From positions 62,001 to 126,000 of the IMG/VR virus record IMGVR_UViG_3300020473_001965: DNA of 64,000 nucleotides; one strand, 5' to 3'. Both the position numbers and the translations under genes were made by a program. The notes under the pieces were generated by a model, which made no database searches, was not told where the DNA came from, and was given only the letters and a program-made list of their open reading frames with translations. Positions 1-9,195 of the stretch are shown piece after piece; the first letter of the stretch is position 1; each line of letters begins with the position of its first letter.

Positions 1-300
1 ATACTTTAGAAGTGCATTGATTATGGCTTTCCCTGCGCCGCGGCGCAAACTCCACACTGTATATGGGATACAAATGCGGCCGTCGCTGAGTGTATATGAA
101 CTCAGCGTCATAATATCAACTGGTATGGCATGTGTTCTTGCAACACAGCAGAAAGCGACGTAGTCTCCGGAAAGATCTCTTAGACCAAAGACTTCTCGAC
201 CCGGGTACGTTTTAAAAGCTACTCCTAGCTCTGGTCTTACTGGATCACTATCACGCCATAGCTTGGGTGTATTGCTTACATTCTCAAGCACGTATTCCAT
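1..300 (-). CDS. Conserved phage hypothetical protein (partial, runs off window)
   Basis: ATG at 300, open frame to the window edge: MEYVLENVSNTPKLWRDSDPVRPEL...IPYTVWSLRRGAGKAII; not in the ORF track because truncated. Confidence 0.6.
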   Translation of the reverse strand, partial: MEYVLENVSNTPKLWRDSDPVRPELGVAFKTYPGREVFGLRDLSGDYVAFCCVARTHAIPVDIMTLSSYTLSDGRICIPYTVWSLRRGAGKAIINALLKY

Positions 301-301
301 A

Positions 302-502
302 TCAAAACTCGCTTAACTTCAGTGGTTCAAGTCTATCTAGCTGTGTCCACGAAACTCCTGAATGCCATAACACCTTGGCCACTCGGACCATCACTGATGA
401 GTCGTCAGGGTGATGCATTTTAAAATCGAGCAGAACTCCGGCATTCCGGCCTCGTATGTCGACGTCATTTCTTTTTATTCGTACCAAGTCACCTATTTTC
501 AT
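302..502 (-). CDS. Small SH3/KOW-like beta protein
   Basis: MKIGDLVRIK...G...VLW pattern; tightly packed with neighbours. Confidence 0.6.
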   Translation of the reverse strand: MKIGDLVRIKRNDVDIRGRNAGVLLDFKMHHPDDSSVMVRVAKVLWHSGVSWTQLDRLEPLKLSEF

Positions 503-701
503 CTACAACTACTCTCCCAGGATTATCAATAGCATCTCTCATAGTCAGGCCGAAGTGCTCAGCAACAGCTAAAACTATTCTTTTCATTTGAGACGACTTT
601 CCAGTGATAACAATAAAAGGCACGTCGAAGTCATTACAGCACCTTGATATAATATCGGAAACATCTTTGTGTCTCACCCCATGAAGATCAACTGTTTTCA
701 T
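489..701 (-). CDS. Stand-alone Smr-domain protein
   Basis: VDLHG and VITGKS motifs typical of Smr domains. Confidence 0.65.
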   Translation of the reverse strand: MKTVDLHGVRHKDVSDIISRCCNDFDVPFIVITGKSSQMKRIVLAVAEHFGLTMRDAIDNPGRVVVDENR

Positions 702-873
702 CGATCACCACCCGGAGTCTAATTGACTGATCATGTGTGTAATGCCATTCGCCAGGGATTCCCTCCCAATCGACTACAACATAGTCCTTTGTTATCTTTA
801 TAACTCTTCCCGATGCCACGTTGTGCTTCCACATAGGAGACATCTCAACTCTATCACCTACCTTGAAATTCAT
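688..873 (-). CDS. Small SH3/KOW-like protein
   Basis: MNFKVGDRVEM...GRVIKI...VVVDW; start re-called at 873. Confidence 0.6.
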   Translation of the reverse strand: MNFKVGDRVEMSPMWKHNVASGRVIKITKDYVVVDWEGIPGEWHYTHDQSIRLRVVIDENS

Positions 874-1441
874 CACTCTGCTCTGTTGTTCTGGACCACC
901 ATGGCGGAAGATCTCCCGATCTCCACTTAGCAAATCTTACCTTGTCCTTTAAATAATATTCTCTATAGCAGTCAACAGGATCATCACTTACCTTGTAATC
1001 TTCTAACATACAAATTGAGAACGGTGATAATCCTTTCGACTGTAATCGAGGCGGATGATTATTGTGTAGCCAACGATGCACCCTAGAAGACTTGTGGGTT
1101 TTGCCATATCGCTTTTCATACTCTTCACAAAGTGCTAATCCCAGCTTAGAGTGCCAGACATAATTGTCTAAGCTCTCTCTAGTCCAAACACTGCATGGGT
1201 GATTGATGTGTGTCATCTTCCACTCGGGCTGAAAAACGGTGGGAACTTCTTGATAAAGAAAAGCTTTTGCTTCTTTCTGCGTTCTAAAATCTTTTATATC
1301 CTTCTTAAGGTAGTCAAGCCAGCCCAACCAGTGCGCTGTACACAGCATCTGGCCTGACTCCAGAATCATCTTCAAGACGTGCTTGTCACAGTGGTAACTA
1401 GCTGCAATTTCTGGGTCGTTGTCAAGAATAAAGATGTTCAT
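854..1441 (-). CDS. Pyrimidine-dimer DNA glycosylase / endonuclease V-like phage protein
   Basis: MNIFILD..P..AA..HCDKHVLKMILESGQMLCTAH and THINHPCSVW motifs. Confidence 0.7.
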   Translation of the reverse strand: MNIFILDNDPEIAASYHCDKHVLKMILESGQMLCTAHWLGWLDYLKKDIKDFRTQKEAKAFLYQEVPTVFQPEWKMTHINHPCSVWTRESLDNYVWHSKLGLALCEEYEKRYGKTHKSSRVHRWLHNNHPPRLQSKGLSPFSICMLEDYKVSDDPVDCYREYYLKDKVRFAKWRSGDLPPWWSRTTEQSDEFQGR

Positions 1442-1644
1442 ATTGTTTCTTTTCTCTCTGTCACTATTCTTAGTGTGCTGCAATCAACCCACTGAATTTT
1501 GCCATCCCAAAGCAGTATTTCAGCAGATCGGGTAGTGGCGCCAGTTCGAGACAACCTCAAAACGACGCCAAGATCAACATCAAACTTTTCTCGCACATCA
1601 TCTTTAGCTGAGTACCATTTGACGAGATCACCCTTTCTGATCAT
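1438..1644 (-). CDS. Small SH3/KOW-like protein
   Basis: KGDLVKW...GVVL...ILLWDG. Confidence 0.55.
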   Translation of the reverse strand: MIRKGDLVKWYSAKDDVREKFDVDLGVVLRLSRTGATTRSAEILLWDGKIQWVDCSTLRIVTERKETI

Positions 1645-1653
1645 TGGAGTACC

Positions 1654-2340
1654 TTACTTTAGTTTTAGAGTTGCAACTTCAGTGTCTAGCTCGATTGAAA
1701 AGTTTCCAAAGTTATACGAGGTTTCAAGCAACGCTGCAGCCGTAGTTTCAAGATCGAGCGTGATTGAATAATTGCCTCGCTTAAAATCATATTGTTGCAA
1801 CGAAGTGTCTAGGCCAAACTCATAGTAATCATAGGTTACTGCCTCTGAAATATCGTCTGGGACGAACGTCATTTGAGAAACAACTTCATCCCATACTTCA
1901 TCTTCGTCAAAGTTGTCATCTTCTGGGCTTGTTAGATTGAGGTGCTTTGTTGCTTCGCTGAAGTCGTATTCATTACCTTCATCATCAATAAAGTAACCTT
2001 CTCGTTCAACGTAGTCTGACTCAGAGATTGCTTCGCTTATCTTCCCACCCAGCATATTTTTGTCAACACCTGTGGTCAAAAATTCGATAAACATGTCAGA
2101 AATACCAGAAGAATAAAACACATCTTCTTGATAGTCATCTGTGTAATGAGCGACATCTTCGGAGTACTCGTATGATAGAGTCACCGGAGTGTCTGGATTG
2201 ATTCCCAAGGCTCCTGTCTTGATAAGTTCACGTAACGTTGTAATGCTATTGCCCACTATTACCTCCCATTTATTAATAGATGTAAGCTCTACATTGTATT
2301 CAATAGGATTGAAATGTTCAATGAATCTTAGAAAGAACAT
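1654..2340 (-). CDS. Highly acidic hypothetical protein
   Basis: D/E-rich ORF; true start probably the internal GTG (VGNSIT) after GGAGG. Confidence 0.6.
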   Translation of the reverse strand: MFFLRFIEHFNPIEYNVELTSINKWEVIVGNSITTLRELIKTGALGINPDTPVTLSYEYSEDVAHYTDDYQEDVFYSSGISDMFIEFLTTGVDKNMLGGKISEAISESDYVEREGYFIDDEGNEYDFSEATKHLNLTSPEDDNFDEDEVWDEVVSQMTFVPDDISEAVTYDYYEFGLDTSLQQYDFKRGNYSITLDLETTAAALLETSYNFGNFSIELDTEVATLKLK

Positions 2341-2527
2341 CTACATAAGACTTATGAAATGTCAAGAAAGCACCGTTGGAAAACAATACAGTAATTCTGT
2401 CGCGGCGGCGGCCGCTTATTTCCACGACTAGCCCGTCTCTTCTATTTTCTGGCATCATGGGATCATGCGTACCGTCTTTGATCTGGACATATGCTCCCGG
2501 CTCTAGACGCTTTTTCTTAATTGACAC
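2318..2527 (-). CDS. Small SH3-like protein
   Basis: LEPGAYVQI...GLVVEI...VLFSNG. Confidence 0.55.
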   Translation of the reverse strand: MSIKKKRLEPGAYVQIKDGTHDPMMPENRRDGLVVEISGRRRDRITVLFSNGAFLTFHKSYVDVLSKIH

Positions 2528-3325
2528 TTAGGACACTTCTGATGGTAATCTACTAATTATGTCTTCTATTATCTCGCATGTATTTTCAGGGGATTTCGTA
2601 GCAAATGCACGGCCGTGTCCGCCAAGCGTCTCATAGATGGTATTGTCGTTGCCGCCTGGCATACACTTATCTCCAACAAACCAGCATCGATAATCTTTAA
2701 AGTGATTTAGCGCATACGTTTTGTCCCAACCCGTCGGATAAATATCAATACTTGTTGATCCCCCAAGTGCAGCAGTCACGCTAACACCAGCGTGCTTGAT
2801 CTCCTTAAAGATCTCTTCTAAATAACGCTCTCTTATGCTCTGTTCAGTATCTGCTTTGATCCAGGCTTCCCTTTCTTGCTGATTTGCTAGCCTGCCTACA
2901 GGACACCAATTAAGCATAGATTCTCTATAGTGGAAGAAAGTTCCAGTAAGGGGCAAATTGTTTTGACACGATATGACAATCTGGTGGGCCAACAGTGAAG
3001 TCAAAAGACTGTTGTATGCATCTTGGCCGATTTCTTCTCTCATGTCTCGAGAATGTTTAAGCTGCCACTTTCTATTCTTGACTGCATACTGATACAGCTT
3101 TGTCCCATTGCAAGGCATCAAGCTTATTCTAGACGGAGGGACTGATCCTATCTCGTACCATATCTCTCGGCACTGCTCAAATAAATAATCATAGTCACTA
3201 CCCGTCACTATTCCTACTTCACAGTGCTCAGATAACTTTCGAAGAATGCTTATGATATCTCGGCCGACTTTTTGTCGAGGCTCAGTCAGTGTCCCGTCCA
3301 TATCAAACAGGACTATATCTTTCAC
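2528..3325 (-). CDS. Phosphomannomutase, eukaryote-type HAD-IIB
   Basis: FDMDGTLTEPR, VTGSD, R.SMLNWCPVGR, GGSTSIDIYPTGWDKTYAL, GDKCMPGGND motifs. Confidence 0.85.
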   Translation of the reverse strand: MKDIVLFDMDGTLTEPRQKVGRDIISILRKLSEHCEVGIVTGSDYDYLFEQCREIWYEIGSVPPSRISLMPCNGTKLYQYAVKNRKWQLKHSRDMREEIGQDAYNSLLTSLLAHQIVISCQNNLPLTGTFFHYRESMLNWCPVGRLANQQEREAWIKADTEQSIRERYLEEIFKEIKHAGVSVTAALGGSTSIDIYPTGWDKTYALNHFKDYRCWFVGDKCMPGGNDNTIYETLGGHGRAFATKSPENTCEIIEDIISRLPSEVS

Positions 3326-3579
3326 TGTTCTTCCGGGCTTGGCTCATTAGTTATTTGAAAAGTTCTCTCCAAGAGCGCAAGCTTACCATCAGCATCTGAA
3401 ACTCTAGACAGCAGTTTGTCGCATGTGTCAAGAATGCTGCTGTGATCTCCCGTACCCGTAGGGTTTCTTAAGAAAACCATTAACTCTGCGAGTGCTCCCG
3501 CTCTGTCTGCTTCTAGGCGTGCTTTGAGAGCACCCACCATTTGAATGGTAACTCTTTCTTCAATCATTTCTACCTCCAA
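3322..3579 (-). CDS. Hypothetical helical protein
   Basis: ORF overlapping the start of the PMM gene; GGAGG RBS near its start. Confidence 0.6.
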   Translation of the reverse strand: MEVEMIEERVTIQMVGALKARLEADRAGALAELMVFLRNPTGTGDHSSILDTCDKLLSRVSDADGKLALLERTFQITNEPSPEEQ

Positions 3580-3615
3580 TGATATTAGAAAGTTTACTCA
3601 ATCTTTGCTATTTGT

Positions 3616-6600
3616 TTAACTATTTTTGAGAAGGTCTTGAATCATTTCTCTCACAACCGATTCATCTCTACGATCCGGGTCGTTGCTTCCCTGGAAGTCT
3701 AGGCTCATTTGTCTGTCTAGGTCGATTGTAACTCTGTCATTAGCTTGCTGTAATTCTACCGCTGTTCTACCCAGGGCCCAGCCAATTGTGAATATTCCTG
3801 CCCTGATATGCGTCAAGCCCTGAGATTTGCCTCGATCTTTTCCGTATCTTGCTGCAAGAACAGGACGGAATTCATCATCTTCAGGAACGTCGCCCTTTAC
3901 TTTAATCTGTCCAGAACCCTTTAGAGAAAACGAGTATACTGGCTGAATACCACTGAACATATCTACCTGGGCTTGATTAGATTCTTTGGATAGTTGTATC
4001 ACACCCTTTGTGGCAATACAAAGGTCGCAGCTTTCTGGGCTTGATTCACTATCACTTAAAGCTGGCCCATAAATTGCGCGTGCTTTTAAGCTGTCATCGT
4101 TAATCTCTCTATAGACTGCAGTTGTCAGCCTTCCTTCGGCAGTGTAGTCTATCAGATCCTGAATAAAAGACTGAATCTCAGGATGCGTATCTAGACCGGA
4201 TCTACTAGAAATTCCTGACCATTGTTGTTGCTCTGATCCTTTGCTTGCATACTTTAGAGATATAAATGCTACCTGATTTCCTTCATAGTCTACCAACGCA
4301 GCATCGGCTTTTGGTGTCTTTGGTATTGACACACAAGAAACAACCCCGCGGACTGTCTTGTCCCGCCCTAAGTACAGAGAGATTCCCTTGGTAGGGTCGT
4401 AGTCATCATCATTCGACTCATCGCTTATTGCTTTCTGAATTGCTGCATTAATCTGATCAATTTGTATATCTTCTTTTTCGGTACCTGAATCACTATCTTT
4501 GCCCGTAACAATACTCTTGCTTATCCGCGAGAGGGGTGTTCCCGAATCTTGAAATATTTTAACTAGTTCCTTGTATTCATCAGACGCTACAGGATCCTCA
4601 AGGTCAGACATCTTCTCACAGAGGCTTGATGCTTTCGTTCTTTGAGCGGGTGTCATATCAAGCAGTACTTCTCCACCGTCTTTGATTAATCTTACTTTTA
4701 ACTCTGGGTTCTGCAACATCTCAGCGAACTTCTTTAAATACTTTGGTCGCTTTGCAATTCCCCCTCTTCCTGATGCCCTTGTTTCTGAAAGCATTTTCTT
4801 TTTCCTCGTAGTTATTTCTTTAATAATTGTCTTCAATAAGAGTTTGGCTGACTCTGTCAGAGTTAGCCCAACATCTTGGAGATTTTGTGCTATCATTGCC
4901 CACAGCCACGTCTTTCCTTCTCTTTCATCTTCTACTTCATCTTCTGGAACGTATTCCTTGTAAGTCTGCCAGTTTGAATTAACCCAGCGAAGTATTTCAT
5001 TCCTAGAAACGGGCGGTAAGTCTACACCCTTTTGAACAACAATATTGCTGTCTCTCATAAACTTTTGAATCACTTCGTCTCTAGCGGAAGGAGTCGTACT
5101 AAAATGAGTTGTACTTGGATGTGCAGGCTCTTGAGAGAGTTGACGCTTTACATCAGCTGCAGCAAAAGCTGTAGCTGCTCCATCACTGGAAAAGATGTCT
5201 ATCTCTCTTGTGAGGTCTTTACTATCTTTCCCTAGAAATACCTGGGGTGGTCTATTTCCATCAAAATGCCTAAACTTTACGTATGCTATTTCTTTACCTT
5301 CAAGTGCTTCAGTACCTTGAAGACTGTAGTACACTGAAGGGTTCACGTCATTTCGCAAAGGTAGTTCTACCACTTTCATCTCAGGGATCCCGGGATATAC
5401 TACCGATTCTATTGAGACTAGCTGGCTCACTGAGTTTGCATCGGCACGAGCAGCTTTCGACCACGGTACAGTAAATTTTATATACGCAGTCTTTCTATCG
5501 TTTTCTTCTGCACCCAGCTCTACACCAAAGAGTTTTCTGGTAGCATCTGTTACTATTGCATCAACATATCCCATCTCATCCAGTAGCTTCATAAATTCAT
5601 CGTGATTGTCTCTAAACATTTGGAAGTAAGCTTGTTGAGCCTCTTGAGCTTGAGGATCTTTTCCCGGTGTCTTCATGTTGCCAAAGCCACTCTCCATGTA
5701 GTGTGTGTAAACTACACTAGTCTTCCCAGTCTCAAGCAAATGAGGTGCACCCTTCGGTGTCACTCTAAGGTATGAAGATCCTTGTCCTAAGTCTTTTGGT
5801 GAGACGCCAGATCTGAACTCTACACCGTAGCCTGTCCTTGCTGGATTCTTCGGATGCGGATCTGGCACGTGAACGTGTGGCCCACCTATCTTTGAACGCT
5901 CCCACAGATTGATAAACCTCTGATCAGTGATATCTACGCCGAGGTTTGACATTTCTCGGCTTAGCTCAAAAACAGGAACTTCGAATTCAGGTACACCTTT
6001 CTTGCCAAGCACCGGTTGACCAGATGAGTCTGTCTTAAATGTCAAGGTGGTTGTCCCTAATGTAATATTTGATGAAGCCTCTGGAGAAGTTGTAATAAAC
6101 GTTTTAGTCTTACCACCTGATGTTTGAACATCGACGATTTTGTCACGATATTTCTTGTCAGCTGTCTCTTCATTCAAGATGTGTTTCTCAACAAAGCGCT
6201 CGATTGCTCGATAGTAAATGTCTGTGGATATGTAGCCTGATAGATATTGGCCCTTTGCCAGTTTTCCTCTTCCCAAGCCCCCCACTCTATGATCATCATT
6301 TAACTTTACGTGAATGTCTACATTGGTCAGTTCAACGTCTACCTCATCATTGCCAGGCTTGGGTTCTGAGCCTGTACCTGGCAACAACTCTACTTCTCCA
6401 AAATTTGCAATAGCTTCTGAAGCCAGGGACTTCATAGCGCTCACAATGTTTTTTAGCTTTAATAAATTCGCAGCTGTGTCACCAGACTCACCCTCAGTAC
6501 TGACAGCGCTTTCAGCTCTTTCAAAAGCAGCGCTATATCTTCGATCTTTCTTGCACTCTTCCCATTCACCTTCCGTTAAATCTCCCGGGGATTTCGCTGC

Positions 6601-6765
6601 AAAGTAAACAGCCCACTCAGCGATAAAAGACGCGTGGCCATTCGCTGAGCCGGTAAATGGACTCCCTGAAACAGAAGAACCCAAGCCCGCTAAAGGCTTG
6701 GGTGACTCCGAAAGAATTGATTGTATTCTTTCTCGCAACGTTTTTTCATGATTACGTGACAACAT
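3616..6765 (-). CDS. 1049-aa multi-module protein with a putative PD-(D/E)xK-like C-terminal domain and leader-like helices
   Basis: KTPKADAALVD...FISLK...QQWSG; helices LRERIQSILSE, LTESAKLLLKTIIKE, DESVVREMIQD. Confidence 0.6.
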   Translation of the reverse strand: MLSRNHEKTLRERIQSILSESPKPLAGLGSSVSGSPFTGSANGHASFIAEWAVYFAAKSPGDLTEGEWEECKKDRRYSAAFERAESAVSTEGESGDTAANLLKLKNIVSAMKSLASEAIANFGEVELLPGTGSEPKPGNDEVDVELTNVDIHVKLNDDHRVGGLGRGKLAKGQYLSGYISTDIYYRAIERFVEKHILNEETADKKYRDKIVDVQTSGGKTKTFITTSPEASSNITLGTTTLTFKTDSSGQPVLGKKGVPEFEVPVFELSREMSNLGVDITDQRFINLWERSKIGGPHVHVPDPHPKNPARTGYGVEFRSGVSPKDLGQGSSYLRVTPKGAPHLLETGKTSVVYTHYMESGFGNMKTPGKDPQAQEAQQAYFQMFRDNHDEFMKLLDEMGYVDAIVTDATRKLFGVELGAEENDRKTAYIKFTVPWSKAARADANSVSQLVSIESVVYPGIPEMKVVELPLRNDVNPSVYYSLQGTEALEGKEIAYVKFRHFDGNRPPQVFLGKDSKDLTREIDIFSSDGAATAFAAADVKRQLSQEPAHPSTTHFSTTPSARDEVIQKFMRDSNIVVQKGVDLPPVSRNEILRWVNSNWQTYKEYVPEDEVEDEREGKTWLWAMIAQNLQDVGLTLTESAKLLLKTIIKEITTRKKKMLSETRASGRGGIAKRPKYLKKFAEMLQNPELKVRLIKDGGEVLLDMTPAQRTKASSLCEKMSDLEDPVASDEYKELVKIFQDSGTPLSRISKSIVTGKDSDSGTEKEDIQIDQINAAIQKAISDESNDDDYDPTKGISLYLGRDKTVRGVVSCVSIPKTPKADAALVDYEGNQVAFISLKYASKGSEQQQWSGISSRSGLDTHPEIQSFIQDLIDYTAEGRLTTAVYREINDDSLKARAIYGPALSDSESSPESCDLCIATKGVIQLSKESNQAQVDMFSGIQPVYSFSLKGSGQIKVKGDVPEDDEFRPVLAARYGKDRGKSQGLTHIRAGIFTIGWALGRTAVELQQANDRVTIDLDRQMSLDFQGSNDPDRRDESVVREMIQDLLKNS

Positions 6766-6782
6766 ATCTACCCGATTATAAA

Positions 6783-6795
6783 CATAAATATCACG
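6783..6795 (-). promoter_or_regulatory. Class II (putative late) promoter motif CGTGATATTTATG
   Basis: Matches the recurrent CGTnATAWTTA motif, just upstream of the 1049-aa gene. Confidence 0.5.
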
Positions 6796-6806
6796 ATCGT
6801 ATTAAA

Positions 6807-6986
6807 TTAGCTGCTAGAAAAGAGAGAACATAGCTTTTTAAATTCGGAAGGCGTGCAGTTGACAACCTTATTGCCGTTCTTATTTAGCTGATAAAAAGTA
6901 TGGCCGGCGATTTTCGTTACAGACACGTCGAACGTATGTGTCTTGTTGTAACCCTTTACTTTTACAGACGCTAGTGTTTCAGTCAT
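6807..6986 (-). CDS. 59-aa hypothetical protein (below ORF-track cutoff)
   Basis: MTETLASVKVKGYNKTHTFDV...KLCSLFSSS*; fills the gap after the 6988 ORF. Confidence 0.5.
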   Translation of the reverse strand: MTETLASVKVKGYNKTHTFDVSVTKIAGHTFYQLNKNGNKVVNCTPSEFKKLCSLFSSS

Positions 6987-6987
6987 C

Positions 6988-7203
6988 TTAGATCCCGGGC
7001 ATGAGGCTTCGACTCATCTGAACCTCGTGCGGCTTGCTACTTTTGGCTCTTCGATCTTCAAGGACTTTCTGTGCTCGTGCGTCTGATTCTTTGGCCGATT
7101 CGTTATCTTCGCTGACAACGTACTCGAGATTTAGTTTTACACCATTTCTCTCTTGATAAATTTTGTAGATATACATTATTCTCCTCCCTTGCATTTTGGA
7201 CAT
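6988..7203 (-). CDS. Hypothetical protein
   Basis: ORF in operon; GGAGG RBS before MYIYKIY. Confidence 0.5.
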   Translation of the reverse strand: MSKMQGRRIMYIYKIYQERNGVKLNLEYVVSEDNESAKESDARAQKVLEDRRAKSSKPHEVQMSRSLMPGI

Positions 7204-7409
7204 GTTAACTTTACATTAGAATCCTGATCAATCTCGACATGCCAGTCAAGTTGTGATGTATCTTCGTCAGGTTCTGTAGTTTTCCCACAACTCCCGCAAT
7301 GATCAGGCATTTTGTCAATTGCGTGCTGCAATTTCTTAAGTCGCTTCTTTGCTGCTTTCTTTTCAGCAAGCTGCTTCTTTCTCCTAATTGATCTCGACAT
7401 AGATCCCAT
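7176..7409 (-). CDS. Zn-ribbon protein with basic N-terminus
   Basis: CGSC...CPKC. Confidence 0.6.
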   Translation of the reverse strand: MGSMSRSIRRKKQLAEKKAAKKRLKKLQHAIDKMPDHCGSCGKTTEPDEDTSQLDWHVEIDQDSNVKLTCPKCKGGE

Positions 7410-8170
7410 TAGATCTCAACCTCACAAATAAGTGACCACTGAGTGTCGTCACACGGTACATCGTTCCACTGGCCCAAGTCTGCATCATTTCGATTGATAT
7501 GACCGCAGAATTCTGCCCCTCCGTTTGGTTCTTCGGGCGCCCAATTGGTGTATTCAAACGGGATACCAGAGTCCCACTGGTTCGACCCTACGCTGCTGAT
7601 GTTTACCCATGGTCGCTCTGTGTCATCTTCTCCCGAATCCTGGAGCAGCAGGTTTATAGACGTTTGAATTGATTCATTGTAGATTCCTGCCAAAGAATCA
7701 TATCCACTGTCTACACAAAGATCGTAAGATTCAGACCACGTTAAATCAAAATCAGGGCAGAAAGCGTAGTAAACCCCCTCAAACGTATCTGCTTCGCAAT
7801 CAAGCGAATCACAGTCTTGATCGATGCCGTCACCATAAAAGTCTCCCGCAAATGGGTGGACTAGAACGTTTTCATCATCGCAGTCGCCGTCGTTAGGAGT
7901 GTATCCGTCCATGTCACAATCATCGTCCAGATTGCCGCAGGGTTCATCTTCGGGTGGGTCTTCAGTCTCTTCTTCTTCGGGTTCATCTTGAATGGGTGGA
8001 TCCAAAACTTCCGCTGTATTGATTGTAAACTCTGGGTTTTCGTCTTCTTCATCTACGACTACTACTTCTTCATCAGCGCCACCTGATGTGGGTGACTTTA
8101 CTTTCTCAAGCCCATAATCAGAGCAGCCAGTCATCACAAGCGTCAACGGAATATAAAAAGTCTTCATCAT
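7409..8170 (-). CDS. Lipoprotein with MopE-like putative metal-binding repeat and C-type lectin domain
   Basis: Lipobox MTGC; DCDMDGY...GDCDD...DGIDQDCD; YTNWAPEEPN..EFC...WNDVPC...LICE. Confidence 0.8.
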   Translation of the reverse strand: MMKTFYIPLTLVMTGCSDYGLEKVKSPTSGGADEEVVVVDEEDENPEFTINTAEVLDPPIQDEPEEEETEDPPEDEPCGNLDDDCDMDGYTPNDGDCDDENVLVHPFAGDFYGDGIDQDCDSLDCEADTFEGVYYAFCPDFDLTWSESYDLCVDSGYDSLAGIYNESIQTSINLLLQDSGEDDTERPWVNISSVGSNQWDSGIPFEYTNWAPEEPNGGAEFCGHINRNDADLGQWNDVPCDDTQWSLICEVEI

Positions 8171-8175
8171 CTCTC

Positions 8176-8976
8176 CTATCGCAAATTTTCAAATGTTTGA
8201 GTAAATTTTTTCCAAGTCTTTTCTTTTAGGATAGAGTTAAACTCCATCGCCTTGAAGGCTTCTTGGATTGTGCCTTCATGTAGTCTTCCTTCAGAGATCA
8301 GATGATCACAAGGTCTGAAGTTTTCGATACCTTCGAATCTGATCAGCAGCTTGTTCCGTTCAAAGATCTCTTTCTTTTCACCGTCAGACAGAAAGGTATT
8401 CATCAAGGCTCTGTCACGAACAAGCTTTTCTGCTGTCTTAGCACCTACTCCCTTGATACCAGGGATGTTGTCTGTCTTATCGCCGCAAAGTGCCTTCCAG
8501 TCTAAGTAGTTGTAATCAGGTTTTTCAATATAAGTCTTCTTGATCGGGTGATAAATCTTTACAGCTGGATTGGTATCAAGGAGTTGAATAAAATCTGAGT
8601 CGCCTGAGATCACTACACATTCGTCGCCCATGCTATCATGGTACTGCGCTAAGTTCCCAATCAAGTCATCGCATTCCAGGTCATCATGTTGAACTACCCA
8701 AAAAGGAAAAGACGACTTTATCAAATTGATAATCGTTTTCTTTTGTCTGTGGAAACTGTCACCAGGAGAAACTCTGTCGCCCTTGTAGTCAGGAAGCGCA
8801 GCGATTCGATGTTTGGGCATGCCCTCAAGGACGAAATAAGCACGATCAGGATTGTGCATTTCTACCAATGGTCTCAAACCTCTGAAGAAATTGTAAACAA
8901 TAGCGTTGTCACCTCTTGTGAATCCGCTTCTTGCACGATGTATTAGATTGTAGGCATCAAATAGCGCAACCTTCAT
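8176..8976 (-). CDS. 5'-3' exonuclease / flap endonuclease (Pol I N-terminal, T4 RNase H-like)
   Basis: DAYNLIHR, YKGDR, ECDDLI, SGDSDFIQL, GDKTDNIPGIKGVGAKTA. Confidence 0.9.
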   Translation of the reverse strand: MKVALFDAYNLIHRARSGFTRGDNAIVYNFFRGLRPLVEMHNPDRAYFVLEGMPKHRIAALPDYKGDRVSPGDSFHRQKKTIINLIKSSFPFWVVQHDDLECDDLIGNLAQYHDSMGDECVVISGDSDFIQLLDTNPAVKIYHPIKKTYIEKPDYNYLDWKALCGDKTDNIPGIKGVGAKTAEKLVRDRALMNTFLSDGEKKEIFERNKLLIRFEGIENFRPCDHLISEGRLHEGTIQEAFKAMEFNSILKEKTWKKFTQTFENLR

Positions 8977-9195
8977 TTAACTCTCCTTACTTTTTAATTC
9001 TACCACAACTTGGCTGGCGTTACATAAAATTTCAATATCATCACACCAGGTATTTGATATCACACCATTCGACCATAGAATTGAAACTGATGGTGGTATT
9101 TCTACATCTCGCCTTACTTCTAGTACTATGCCCGTTCCGTCTTCAACACCACAGAAAGTGTCATAAACTAAAACTCCCGGTTCTATTTTATTCAT
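8977..9195 (-). CDS. Small SH3-like protein
   Basis: IEPGVLV...GIVLEV...ILWSNG. Confidence 0.55.
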   Translation of the reverse strand: MNKIEPGVLVYDTFCGVEDGTGIVLEVRRDVEIPPSVSILWSNGVISNTWCDDIEILCNASQVVVELKSKES

